Sequence record: NC_110934.1
DNA length: 64,000 nt
Direction: 5' to 3' (one strand)
Source: Klebsiella phage KPP2018
Below the pieces are notes generated by a model, which was not told the origin of the DNA, searched no databases, and was given only the letters and a program-made list of their open reading frames with translations. Position 1 is the first letter of the stretch. Each line of letters starts with the position of its first letter. Positions 43,170-52,780 of the stretch are shown in pieces. A program made the position numbers and the translations under genes.

Positions 43170-43376
43170 CTAAACTCCAGATTCTTCAGCCAAGTCTAGA
43201 CTAATAAGAGATATAGCCATAATTGCTGCTCCGTGCTCTTTTTCTCCAGTCTCTTTAGCTAGAGTTATAATATCAAGAAATTGCTTATGAAAATCTGCAA
43301 CCTCTTGAGTTATACCTGCCTCAGCAATCATGCCTTTAAGCATGAAGCGTTGTGCGGTAATTTCAGGATTAGCCAT
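43170..43376 (-). CDS. Hypothetical protein (68 aa)
   Basis: ORF. Confidence 0.45.
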   Translation of the reverse strand: MANPEITAQRFMLKGMIAEAGITQEVADFHKQFLDIITLAKETGEKEHGAAIMAISLISLDLAEESGV

Positions 43377-43536
43377 GTTGTTTCTCCAGTTTCATCTTTA
43401 ATAGTCTACAAATAAAATCAATGTCTTCATCCGTGCCTAGATCTCTATCTTCAAGGGTTGCCTTGAAGTTTTTAGTCAATTCCATGAGAATAACTTCTCT
43501 AGAACGACGTGTTGGCGGAGGTGGATGTCTATACAT
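43369..43536 (-). CDS. Hypothetical Pro-rich N-terminus protein (55 aa)
   Basis: ATG at 43536 with an AAGGAAAT RBS. Overlaps the next gene start. Confidence 0.4.
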   Translation of the reverse strand: MYRHPPPPTRRSREVILMELTKNFKATLEDRDLGTDEDIDFICRLLKMKLEKQHG

Positions 43537-43551
43537 CTTATTTCCTTAATT

Positions 43552-43628
43552 TGGTAGGGGTGGTGGGATTCGAACCCACAAAACCTGAATTTTAAGTCCA
43601 GTACCTATGCCAATTCGATTACACCCCC
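43552..43628 (-). tRNA. tRNA, anticodon TAA (Leu?), short variable loop
   Basis: Loop CTTAAAA. T-arm GTGGG-TTCGAAT-CCCAC. Confidence 0.45.
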
Positions 43629-43635
43629 ATGTAGT

Positions 43636-43824
43636 TTAGTCAATTACTTTTGAGGCTTCAAGGTAGTCGATATAGTGTACGTTTTCTACCGTAATCATAT
43701 AATCCGCCACTTTATCCATAGCTTGGGCTTCAGAGGTAGCTCTGGCTAACCTATATCCTTTTCTATACTCATCCGGGTATTCTCTATCTTGAATAAACAC
43801 AACATAAACTATATATAGATCCAT
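43636..43824 (-). CDS. Hypothetical protein (62 aa)
   Basis: ORF. Confidence 0.45.
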   Translation of the reverse strand: MDLYIVYVVFIQDREYPDEYRKGYRLARATSEAQAMDKVADYMITVENVHYIDYLEASKVID

Positions 43825-43843
43825 TTGTGACCTCTATTTAATT

Positions 43844-43921
43844 TGGTGGCTCCCCGAGGATTCGAACCTACGTACCTTCCGGTTATGAGCCGGGTGCTCA
43901 TACCATATGAGCTTGAGAACC
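43844..43921 (-). tRNA. tRNA, anticodon CAT (third copy), weak T-stem
   Basis: Loop CTCATAA. Good D-arm GCTC/GAGC. The T-stem has two mismatches. Confidence 0.45.
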
Positions 43922-43927
43922 AAAATC

Positions 43928-44016
43928 TGGCGGAAGAAGTGGGAATCGAACCCACAAGGCTATATTTCAAACCGACAGATTAGCAATCTGCTGCAATACC
44001 ATTATGCTATTCTTCC
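43928..44016 (-). tRNA. tRNA-Ser (GCT)
   Basis: Type II, 89 nt. Loop TTGCTAA. Perfect acceptor stem. Confidence 0.6.
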
Positions 44017-44037
44017 GAATTTATAAGATATATTATA

Positions 44038-44556
44038 TTAGAAATTTAGCTTCATAGCAAGAAAATTTTTCAAGTTTTCGGTAGACATCTCATCCACATC
44101 TACAGGAGAAACAAATCCATTTAATTGTCTAGCAAACTTTTCACCAGCAGGATCATTGTCCCCAACAGCTACCAATTTAAAAGGTAGTAATTTCAGTTGC
44201 TTTAATAACGCTTTTCCTGGAGAAGAACCCAACATTGCCAGGGCTGGATAACCCGCATTATGTAATGCAACTGCCTTAAATACAGATTCAGCAATCAATA
44301 CTACTTTTTCATCCCCATTGAGAGTTTCTAGTCCCCATACACACTGTGTAGTAGAATAAGTAAAGTATTTAGCTTCAAAGGGGCACTTACCATGACCTTT
44401 TGGAGCAGAAGGATTATAAGTTTGATAGCCCCTCAACATTCCAGAGAAATCATACAACGGGACTGTTAGCCACCCTTCCGGACTTAACCAGCAATGATAT
44501 TTATCTGTATCAAATCCTCTAGATAAGAGGTGCTGTGTTAGCTCATCAACATTCAT
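44038..44556 (-). CDS. Toprim-domain protein (about 172 aa)
   Basis: Motif E...GDNDPAG (Toprim DxD). Start at 44556 (MNVDELT) behind AGAGAGGA. Promoter at 44587-44615. Confidence 0.5.
   Translation of the reverse strand: MNVDELTQHLLSRGFDTDKYHCWLSPEGWLTVPLYDFSGMLRGYQTYNPSAPKGHGKCPFEAKYFTYSTTQCVWGLETLNGDEKVVLIAESVFKAVALHNAGYPALAMLGSSPGKALLKQLKLLPFKLVAVGDNDPAGEKFARQLNGFVSPVDVDEMSTENLKNFLAMKLNF
44042..44070 (-). promoter_or_regulatory. T5-early-type promoter (TTGCTA-17-TATAAT) upstream of the tRNA genes
   Basis: Motif and spacing checked. Confidence 0.6.
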
Positions 44557-44586
44557 ATTTGGTTCCTCTCTCAAATTTATAGATAT

Positions 44587-44615
44587 ATTATACAGAGAAT
44601 TTAGCATTCAAGCAA
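44587..44615 (-). promoter_or_regulatory. T5-early-type promoter (TTGCTT-17-TATAAT)
   Basis: Motif and spacing checked. Confidence 0.65.
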
Positions 44616-44822
44616 TCAAATTTTTTAACTTTTTAGAGGAAAATCATAGGGCACTTAAGGGTAGCAGATAAGTGGTGAGGACCAAAATTTGTGACCCCAC
44701 TAAAAATCCAGGGGCAATTTTTAAAGACCCCTTGACATTTTCGCTGGGGTAGTGTAAAGTATATGTTATGGATGAGTGATCAAAGAGACACACATTTTCT
44801 ATATACTAGGAGGTGTCAAAAA

Positions 44823-45599
44823 ATGACAGAAGAAGTAGCTAAGAGTCCTGAGACCGTCGCTAGCGTTGCAGCAGAACTGCACCGTCACGAGGAATCAGAT
44901 AAGAAAAAGTGGGAGAAGGTCAGAGCCTACGAAGAGAAACATCGTGAACACGATGAAGATGATGAAGAAGATGACGATGATGAGTATTGTCATAAATATG
45001 GAAAACGTAAAATGCAAGAACCAGTAAACGTATTCACTAGTGGCTTCCCTGGCCTAATGGGTGGTTACCCAGCAAACGCAGGTGCTTTCGGTGGTGAAGG
45101 TATGGGACTATTCGGAGCTATCCTAATCGGTGCTCTATTAACAGGCGGATTCGGTGGTTTTGGTGGATTTGGTGGACGTGGTGTAGTTGGTGAAGGTACC
45201 GCAGTTGATGCAGTACTTCAGAACCAAGATACCGCTAGTATTCTAGCAGCTATTAACACTACTCGTACAGAAGCTAACCAGGGTACTGGAGCTGTTTTAA
45301 GCGCAGTTAACAATGGTTTTAGCCAGACATCCCAAAACCAGAGCCGTGATACTCAGTCTGTACTAACTACGATCTATGGTACGGGTGCTAATCTGTCTAA
45401 TCAAATCTGCCAGGAAACTCGCAACGTTATTCAGGGTCAGTTCGATCTTTCTCGCCAGATTGATCAATCTTTCGCAGCTAACCAGATAGCTCGTGCACAA
45501 GATAAGTTTGATTCTGCACAGATCGCTTTCCAGCAGACTTTACAAACTAATAACCAGTTTGCCGCTGTTCAGGCTCAGATGTGTGCTAACCAGTTATGA
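44823..45599 (+). CDS. Acidic/Gly-rich/Gln-rich low-complexity protein (258 aa); its stop codon lies inside the duplicated sequence
   Basis: RBS AGGAGGTG before the ATG at 44823. A TTGACA -35 element upstream. GGFGGFGGFGG repeats and a Q/N-rich tail. The TGA at 45597-45599 comes from TTATGATAATG, which is the first sequence of copy B. Confidence 0.55.
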   Translation: MTEEVAKSPETVASVAAELHRHEESDKKKWEKVRAYEEKHREHDEDDEEDDDDEYCHKYGKRKMQEPVNVFTSGFPGLMGGYPANAGAFGGEGMGLFGAILIGALLTGGFGGFGGFGGRGVVGEGTAVDAVLQNQDTASILAAINTTRTEANQGTGAVLSAVNNGFSQTSQNQSRDTQSVLTTIYGTGANLSNQICQETRNVIQGQFDLSRQIDQSFAANQIARAQDKFDSAQIAFQQTLQTNNQFAAVQAQMCANQL

Positions 45600-45747
45600 T
45601 AATGATCAAATCGATCAGCAAACGGCGGGCTTTTTGCTGGACACGCTGAAAGCGGAACACTGCACTAAAAAGCAAGCGGCAAAAATTATTTTAATGTAAT
45701 TAATAAAGGGGCGAAAGTAACGCCCCACTAACTAGGGAGTATTACAA

Positions 45748-45897
45748 ATGATTATTTTTCGAGCTATTCTGGCGGGTATCTTGGGCGCTATTTTATCTTT
45801 GTTTGCAATAGCTTTCGATGTTCACGCGGTTATTATCGGCGCGGGTATCGCTGCATTTTCTTATCTGCTGGGCTGCATGACTAGTAAAGGAGAATAA
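45748..45897 (+). CDS. Duplicate of small membrane protein 16275..16424
   Basis: Identical copy. Confidence 0.45.
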   Translation: MIIFRAILAGILGAILSLFAIAFDVHAVIIGAGIAAFSYLLGCMTSKGE

Positions 45898-45899
45898 AA

Positions 45900-46112
45900 A
45901 TGATCCGCAACGTTTCTCTTGCACGTTCGAAAGGCTTTAAGCTGGTGGATGCTAACACGTTCGAGCGGGAAGATTGTAAAATCGAATATGTAGCACGTAA
46001 CAAAAATGCCTTTCGTGTTACTGAGAAAAAATTTGATAAGCGCGGCAACGTGATCGCTGAAACGGTTAAGCACTTTGCCACCTTTTACGCTGCGTTTCGT
46101 GGGGTACTATGA
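45900..46112 (+). CDS. Duplicate of 16427..16639
   Basis: Identical copy. Confidence 0.5.
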   Translation: MIRNVSLARSKGFKLVDANTFEREDCKIEYVARNKNAFRVTEKKFDKRGNVIAETVKHFATFYAAFRGVL

Positions 46113-46249
46113 AAAGCGTTATCGTTATTGCCCTTGCAATGGTTGGCGGTTTTACCGCCACCTTATTCAAAAATGACCCCATTTCATTGGGGATCTTTAT
46201 GTTATTATCTGGCTATCTAATTGGGAGGTTGTCAAATGGTTATTTATGA
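46109..46249 (+). CDS. Duplicate of 16636..16776
   Basis: Identical copy. Confidence 0.4.
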   Translation: MKSVIVIALAMVGGFTATLFKNDPISLGIFMLLSGYLIGRLSNGYL

Positions 46250-46580
46250 GGGCAATCGTTTTGTTGCTAATTGCCGTCCTGCATTATTAGCAAACTACTT
46301 AAATCAGCTTTCCCCAGCTTATAAGGGTGTTATTAATATTTATGAGGGCAAGGCGCATTATAAAATCAATGCGGTCGTTGCCCGTGAACTAGCATTTCAA
46401 TTTTTGACCTTTGCATCTTGTGATATTCAGGTCATGGGGGAAGCATTAATTGCAGAAAATGAAGATGATTTTATTAATATTTTCCGCAAGATATGCACCG
46501 AGCGGCTGATAATGAAAGGCGCGTATATTCAATCCACGGCTGATAGTATTGAAACAGCGTTTCGAAAGGTGGCGCAATGA
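46236..46580 (+). CDS. Duplicate of 16763..17107
   Basis: Identical copy. Confidence 0.55.
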   Translation: MVIYEGNRFVANCRPALLANYLNQLSPAYKGVINIYEGKAHYKINAVVARELAFQFLTFASCDIQVMGEALIAENEDDFINIFRKICTERLIMKGAYIQSTADSIETAFRKVAQ

Positions 46581-46735
46581 AAAAGTTTTTAATAGCTGGC
46601 ATGTTTCCGTTGTTGCCTTATGTAATTTGCTGGGCTTTATACGCTCATGGCGCTAGTGTTCCCGCTGTGGCTTCATTTGGTGTATCGGCGGGCTTTCTAG
46701 CTGGACTATTAGCAAGCGTATACTTACGCAAATAA
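46577..46735 (+). CDS. Duplicate of 17104..17262
   Basis: Identical copy. Confidence 0.4.
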   Translation: MKKFLIAGMFPLLPYVICWALYAHGASVPAVASFGVSAGFLAGLLASVYLRK

Positions 46736-46754
46736 TTAATAATGGGGCGTTATT

Positions 46755-46949
46755 ATGAGCAATAAAATTGTTGTAACCAAAATCAGTACAATGGTTGATG
46801 TTTTTTACGTGCCCGATACGCCGGAAAACCGACAAGCGGTCGAGCGTGGAGAATATGATAAAGTGATTTATGATCACGATGGTTATTATCAGCATTTAGT
46901 GGATTCCTACGGGGAGGAGGAGAAGATCACGCATCGACTACCAGACTAA
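46755..46949 (+). CDS. Duplicate of 17282..17476
   Basis: Identical copy. Confidence 0.45.
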   Translation: MSNKIVVTKISTMVDVFYVPDTPENRQAVERGEYDKVIYDHDGYYQHLVDSYGEEEKITHRLPD

Positions 46950-46952
46950 TAA

Positions 46953-48604
46953 TCACGGGGCGCAACTATCAGGAAGTGCCCCCAATTCTCAAATGAGAAT
47001 GATTCTCATTTGACCGCGCCCGCGATGGTTAGCCTGCTAATGGTTAGGGTGTTACGTGTCGCCTTGTGTGATCGTTAGCGTGCTAACTAATTTTCAAGCC
47101 TCCTTCAATTTTGCCCTTGTTTTAGTATCCCCAACAAAATTAAACGCGTTAGAATGCGTTTGAGAGCGTTTTAACGCTATATTAGAATTATTCACTGCGT
47201 AGGAATACTGTATATTTATACAGTAGGATAAGCTGTGGATAAGTCTGTTGATAACGCTTCAAAACGGCTAGAATTTTGTCAAGTCAAATCGTGCTGTTAG
47301 TAAGTCTGTGGATAACTTAAATAACAGTGTTTCTCACTTCCGTTCTTAAATGAGAATCATTATCATTTGCATTTCACTATCTAACTAATAATCATTCCGC
47401 TTTTTAAATGAGAATCATTCCGCTTTTTAAATGAGATTGATTCTCATTCCGCTTTTTAAATGCGAATTATTATCATTCTCATTCCGCTTTTTAAATGAGA
47501 ATGATTCTTATTATCATTCGTATTTAGCGCAGGGCAATTGCCCTGCGCTTTTGTGCAAATCCGACATTGCTCCACGGGTGTTACGTGCGGGCGTGTATGT
47601 GCGAATCCGACAATCTTTGGTAGTGTGCAAATCCGACCCGAAAAATTTTTATAGTGTGCAAATCCGACAATGAATTTTCCCAAAAACTCCAGCAATCTCG
47701 AACTGCGTTCGAATCCTGTGGGGTATGTGCAAATTCGACACGGTTTTTCTAGGATTAAGATGTGCAAATCCGACAAGATTTTTGTGACTTCGATTGGAGG
47801 GTGTGTGATTGTGTGGGTTTGGGGAGAAGATGAGAGAGCGAGAGAAAATAAGGGAAGAAACTGGAGGAGCAGCATGGGTGGCGTGTAACGCCTGATTTGC
47901 TGCGTTTTTGGGGAAGAGTTGAGAAGATTTGGGTTAATTGGGCTTGGGGCGAGATAAAGTAAAATTTTATTAGCAAAATGGGGCAAAATAGCTTGACAAG
48001 TGAAAATTCCTGTGGCTCTAAAAACTCAGGCAATCATGGGCCTTCGGCCCGAAATAATGCTGCTATTTTCAGGAGATTATATGTGCCTAAAAACTTAGGC
48101 ATTTGTGCAAATCCGACCATAAATTTCTAGAAACACAATGTGCAAATCCGACAGTAATTTCTGGAAATGTGTTTTCAAAAAATGTCTCCTAGAAATAACC
48201 GCCCTCCCTATAACCGCCCTGTATTAAACCGCCTAGTATATGTTCCTAGAAACTTAGGAGAACCGCCCACTAGAAGCGTGATATCTCGTGGGTATTTCGT
48301 GAGAACTCTGGAGTTTCTAGGAAAGTGTATGTGATCCTAGAGATGGGGAGCGGCAACAGGTGTATCATCTTGAACACAGATATTGCCTTTAAATATATTC
48401 GTATGTTTTAAAAGTAAATGATCCCCCATTTCATGTGAGATTCCTCGTGGGGCGCGTGAGTATTACGGAAGAACTCTAATATTGGCCCGCGCTAAGACTA
48501 GCCGCTATAGCACAGACGCAAATAGAGTTGTAATAATCATCGCCCCTAGAGTTCACAATAAGAGTTATTGTTAATCTATGAGATTATTATAACATACATT
48601 TTTA
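46953..48604. repeat. Duplicate of the iteron-rich origin-like region (with one replaced segment at 48019-48053)
   Basis: Same iterons and palindromes. Copy-specific GC hairpin GGGCCTTCGGCCC. Confidence 0.8.
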
Positions 48605-48610
48605 ATAACG

Positions 48611-49366
48611 TCAAGAAGATTTTGCTAACGTTTTTGGATTCTTCCTGGCTTTGAGATATATCCCTTTAGATGCTAGGTAAATATATGTTGCTAGGAATGA
48701 AGATTCTGATCCCGATTCCTCATAGGTTAACGTACCTCTAGGGTATTTATTTGTTTTAGGAGCATAGTTAAGCACAGCCGCAGTTAATGATCCTAATCCT
48801 AGAACATCCGCAAGACGTCTAAAGGTATTCTCTTCATCATGAATAGCATAAAGAATGTTATCTTCAATATCCGTTAATGGAATCTTACGGATATGAGATA
48901 CTGCAATCCGTGCTATCATAGCTCCAATTGTTTTATTAATATCCTCGAAAGAAACACTCTCCATATATTTTAGAGGGGGAAGATGGTCATATTTACATTT
49001 CTTAGGCGGAATAAGAAGTTGTTCAGGGTAAGCCTCTAGTGCCTGACGAACGTTTGCTTCTGGATATGTTGGCAAAGGTTCATCTATAATAACATGTAAA
49101 AAGTTAGCTCTATGCCCTTTAGCAGTTGGATCTAAAGACTTGAGTACTTTATTCATATCCACATATGAATATGCTAGGTCTGCTTGAGGAGCATTAATAT
49201 CAAACTTAATCTTCTTGCCCTCCCATTTAGCAGGGAACATCTCACAAACAAACATTACTGCATGTTTGACGTCTGGCTCTAGCTCTGATAGACATTTGTG
49301 ATCTGCTGTTACTGCTAAAGCGAGTATATTCTTAAATTTATTAGCTTCTTCAATCATATATCCCAT
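48611..49366 (-). CDS. Duplicate of 19147..19902
   Basis: Identical copy. Confidence 0.6.
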   Translation of the reverse strand: MGYMIEEANKFKNILALAVTADHKCLSELEPDVKHAVMFVCEMFPAKWEGKKIKFDINAPQADLAYSYVDMNKVLKSLDPTAKGHRANFLHVIIDEPLPTYPEANVRQALEAYPEQLLIPPKKCKYDHLPPLKYMESVSFEDINKTIGAMIARIAVSHIRKIPLTDIEDNILYAIHDEENTFRRLADVLGLGSLTAAVLNYAPKTNKYPRGTLTYEESGSESSFLATYIYLASKGIYLKARKNPKTLAKSS

Positions 49367-49695
49367 GCCTGCTGACTAGTATCACTAACTTGTGTCTTTT
49401 TCTCTCTTCGTGGTTTAAAAGTTCCTGTAGTATTACTTTTACTAGGTTCTAATTTATACCACAGCATTCCTAGCTGGTTAACCATATGAGCAACATTTCT
49501 AGGGGTCAATGGAGGTAGGGATTCACAGTTTGATATCTCTATTAATATATTAAATAATTCTGTCTCTTTAGCCTTACTGTTTACTACCACCACGTATTCT
49601 AATGTCTCTACCTCAGAATCCTCGTCTTTATAGTAAAGGCTAAGAGTAATTAAATTTTCCCCAGCAGGAGTTATTTTTGTTTTACCAAATATCAT
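49354..49695 (-). CDS. Duplicate of 19890..20231
   Basis: Identical copy. Confidence 0.55.
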   Translation of the reverse strand: MIFGKTKITPAGENLITLSLYYKDEDSEVETLEYVVVVNSKAKETELFNILIEISNCESLPPLTPRNVAHMVNQLGMLWYKLEPSKSNTTGTFKPRREKKTQVSDTSQQAWDI

Positions 49696-50309
49696 TAATT
49701 ACCTCTCTTATCTTCATTAAGCGCAGCTCCCAACGCCTCCATAATAGCATCTTCTAAACTTCCATGTTTACTAGGATCATTAAAATGAATAGCATAAACA
49801 GAACTCCTAGAAACTCCAGCATCCGCAGGTGCTACGCTTCGCATATCAGATTCAAAAGCTTCTTGAGTATGCTTTAACTGTACAGAAGGGCCGTAATCTT
49901 CACCAAACTTGTATGACTGCGTACTACTTATCACACCCCCACAAGGAACATTGTGCATATCCGACATTAATCTTTTATCGGAGTTATTCAGCATTGCGAT
50001 TGGCCCTGACTGCCACGGATCTCGAATAGTTACTGGAGTACTGGGGCGGTTCACTTCAGCCTTCACAAGTTTGTACCCTGCATCGATTAATGCGTTAATT
50101 AGATTATCAGCTGGGATGCGAGCCTTGCCAAAAATCTTACGAGCATCTTCGAGCTTATCCTCAAGATCTTTACATGCTCTAAGGTCAGTGTGTGCAAATG
50201 TTAGCTTCATAGATTTAAATTGTACAGTAGCAGTTAAATCTTTAAAGCTATAATCCCATGTGTTCAGTTCATGATCCGGTACTACTTGAATAGGTTGTTG
50301 TGCAAACAT
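49695..50309 (-). CDS. Duplicate of 20231..20845
   Basis: Identical copy. Confidence 0.6.
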   Translation of the reverse strand: MFAQQPIQVVPDHELNTWDYSFKDLTATVQFKSMKLTFAHTDLRACKDLEDKLEDARKIFGKARIPADNLINALIDAGYKLVKAEVNRPSTPVTIRDPWQSGPIAMLNNSDKRLMSDMHNVPCGGVISSTQSYKFGEDYGPSVQLKHTQEAFESDMRSVAPADAGVSRSSVYAIHFNDPSKHGSLEDAIMEALGAALNEDKRGN

Positions 50310-50494
50310 TATATATTCTCCAGTTTGTCTAACAGTTTATGAGCTGCGATGTTATATTGAAAGAGTTCATTATTGAGAATTTCATTCTCACAGGTTAACT
50401 CTAGATTCTTAGTATTGAGGCGACTGCAAATCAGTATCAGTCCCAGGATTATTAGGAGTGAGCCTCCTAGTAATACAAGAAGTAATGTTTCCAT
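50309..50494 (-). CDS. Duplicate of 20845..21030
   Basis: Identical copy. Confidence 0.45.
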   Translation of the reverse strand: METLLLVLLGGSLLIILGLILICSRLNTKNLELTCENEILNNELFQYNIAAHKLLDKLENI

Positions 50495-50727
50495 TATTTA
50501 ATTCCCATGTAACGTTTGAGATATCCGATGAAGTCTTCCGCTGTATGCTCTACGCTACCTTGAGCTACGAATAGCTTGAGAGCTTCACGTTGTAGTTTGA
50601 GAGCAGCTAACTCACCCCGTAATTTTATCAGATCTTCTGCTAGTTCTCTAGCTCTACGCATAATAACAAAAGATACAAGTACTACGATGAATAACATAAC
50701 TACTAAAATAATTGCTATGATTTCCAT
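50494..50727 (-). CDS. Duplicate of 21030..21263
   Basis: Identical copy. Confidence 0.5.
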   Translation of the reverse strand: MEIIAIILVVMLFIVVLVSFVIMRRARELAEDLIKLRGELAALKLQREALKLFVAQGSVEHTAEDFIGYLKRYMGIK

Positions 50728-51005
50728 ATTAACATCCAGCTTTTATCACACATTTGGGCATGGTCTATCAGTTCATTCATTGATGTATTGTTATCATAAA
50801 TGCACTCTAGTATATACCTTCTATCAAATTCGTCAACCAAATATTCTACGTTATTTATTACTACTTTATACAGATCTGGGACTAGAGAGCATGTATTTGG
50901 TACGGGGCGACTGCTTAAGTCTATTTCGTTTTTACCCCATTCTGTTTTAAATAGTTTGTTACTAAGTGCTGCTAATGGGTTTGACCACACAATATAGCTA
51001 CTCAC
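50715..51005 (-). CDS. Duplicate of 21251..21541
   Basis: Identical copy. Confidence 0.5.
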   Translation of the reverse strand: MSSYIVWSNPLAALSNKLFKTEWGKNEIDLSSRPVPNTCSLVPDLYKVVINNVEYLVDEFDRRYILECIYDNNTSMNELIDHAQMCDKSWMLIWKS

Positions 51006-51444
51006 TATTTATCTCCCTTCTTAACTTTGAAAACTTATTATACCAAACTATATGATTATCGTCAATTACAAATTTATGATAACATGCTGGCACGGTATAA
51101 GTTCCATAATCCGTGACACGCTGCACAACCTTGTGTGCACACAGTCGACAACCATGCCCTTCTAAATGAGATCTAGCAGTTTGCCAGTAATACCCTTCAT
51201 GATCTGGGCAATAGATCTCGACTTGCTGTTGCATTGTTTTATAATTTACACGCTCATACCCAAAGAAAGCTCCATGAACTGCAACAGCTTTCTTGATAAA
51301 TATAAGGTTTAGTGCTTCTTGCTGAAAGTCGGGATGTAGCTGCTTAATCTTAGTTCTATTAATAGATCCATCCGATTTGATAAACCTATTTATTGGGAAG
51401 TTGTTAGCTTCCTCGATTAGTAATTCATTTACTTTTTCTCTCAT
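50998..51444 (-). CDS. Duplicate of 21534..21980
   Basis: Identical copy. Confidence 0.5.
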   Translation of the reverse strand: MREKVNELLIEEANNFPINRFIKSDGSINRTKIKQLHPDFQQEALNLIFIKKAVAVHGAFFGYERVNYKTMQQQVEIYCPDHEGYYWQTARSHLEGHGCRLCAHKVVQRVTDYGTYTVPACYHKFVIDDNHIVWYNKFSKLRREINSE

Positions 51445-51445
51445 A

Positions 51446-51670
51446 TTAGATATTCTCACACCTAAGGTAGAAACATTCGTAAGCATCACCAGTAAACTCT
51501 TTACCTTGTAGTATACATTTAGCCTGGTCTTCTGGTACTCCGGCATCTAATAATTGTTGTTTACTTGGCTTTTCAGCGAATACCTTTACAAAATATTCAC
51601 CATCCTGATTATACTCATTTATATCTCTAGTAAGGACATATACTTGCATTTGAAATTCCTTGAAACACAA
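51446..51670 (-). CDS. Duplicate of 21982..22206
   Basis: Identical copy. Confidence 0.5.
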   Translation of the reverse strand: MCFKEFQMQVYVLTRDINEYNQDGEYFVKVFAEKPSKQQLLDAGVPEDQAKCILQGKEFTGDAYECFYLRCENI

Positions 51671-51703
51671 AAGGCCAGAACAATTAAGTCCTGGCCTCTA
51701 GAA

Positions 51704-52075
51704 TTAATGAAGTTGTTTACCACTTCTTAACATAGTGGCCGTTTCCATAAGATTTAACGTTGTATCACGCTTTTTGATTTGTTTGTCGAGTTCATCGGTG
51801 CGTTTGCCAATGTAAGCGTTAATAGCCATATTCATAGCTGAGGCGAGATCTTCTTTGGTTATCTCTTCATCATCTAAGGCTAATTTAGCCAAAGAATCGA
51901 ACGCAATAGAAAGTCCTATAAGATCTGAGGTTTCACTAGCTAAGATGGGATCAATATTATCTATTGTTACTTCTAACATAGAGTTAACAATATCTTCTCC
52001 GTCTACTAGACCAGATTCAATATTACTCTCCCATTCCTTCATCTGCTCCAGCAATGGATTTTTCTTTTCTGTCAT
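51704..52075 (-). CDS. Duplicate of 22240..22611
   Basis: Identical copy. Confidence 0.45.
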   Translation of the reverse strand: MTEKKNPLLEQMKEWESNIESGLVDGEDIVNSMLEVTIDNIDPILASETSDLIGLSIAFDSLAKLALDDEEITKEDLASAMNMAINAYIGKRTDELDKQIKKRDTTLNLMETATMLRSGKQLH

Positions 52076-52484
52076 GGTAGAGATTTCCTGTGTCAGTTGG
52101 TAAGAAGGACGATTGAGCTTTAGGTGGATGTTGTTTAGCAATCCAGTTAAGAATCAGCACACGACTAGGAACAATATCAGTGTTGTACCAGAAATCGTGA
52201 ACCCATTGACGAGCATCCTCAAACTTACCAAATTTATATGCTTTCTTAAACAATTTAAACCCAAAACAATCTGGTGTAAAGTCTACTTCACGATACTGAA
52301 CTACTTTAGAACCGGTTAGGTCTTGGATTGCTGCATTAATTTCTGTATGAGAGAATTTTGTTTCGTGAAACTTATTAAAGAATCGGTAGTTGAAGCGTCC
52401 GTTCGTTTCGACAAACAACTGGATAAAGAGATCGTTAAATTGATTATCAAACCAGTAATTCTGTAGTTGTTGTAGTGCTGTCAT
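52023..52484 (-). CDS. Duplicate of 22559..23020
   Basis: Identical copy. Confidence 0.55.
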   Translation of the reverse strand: MTALQQLQNYWFDNQFNDLFIQLFVETNGRFNYRFFNKFHETKFSHTEINAAIQDLTGSKVVQYREVDFTPDCFGFKLFKKAYKFGKFEDARQWVHDFWYNTDIVPSRVLILNWIAKQHPPKAQSSFLPTDTGNLYHDRKEKSIAGADEGMGE

Positions 52485-52681
52485 TTACGAACTCCGTTAA
52501 TTGCCACGATGATGCCTTCGTACATAAAAGGAAGTAGTTCAGAAGTGTAGAAGATATTTTCCGTTATTCCTAGATGTCGAAAAAGTATATTAAATAATGC
52601 TGTTAGAAATACAATCTGAGGCAGTAATACAAAATACTCAGTTACAATCTTTGGTGCCTGATAAACAAGACGTTTTATCAT
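52481..52681 (-). CDS. Duplicate of 23017..23217
   Basis: Identical copy. Confidence 0.4.
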   Translation of the reverse strand: MIKRLVYQAPKIVTEYFVLLPQIVFLTALFNILFRHLGITENIFYTSELLPFMYEGIIVAINGVRK

Positions 52682-52780
52682 TGTTTTTAAGTCTCCTTAT
52701 TACTTTGGCCTGCTCCACAATAATAAAAACTGCAAGCACTAATAGTGCTATTAGCCCCGCAGTAATTGGTACTAAATCAA

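Noticed and set aside
44763-44822. Upstream extension (MLWMSDQRD...) of the plus-strand 258-aa gene
   Set aside because: The AGGAGGTG RBS sits directly before the internal ATG at 44823, and the extension would overlap the promoter region.
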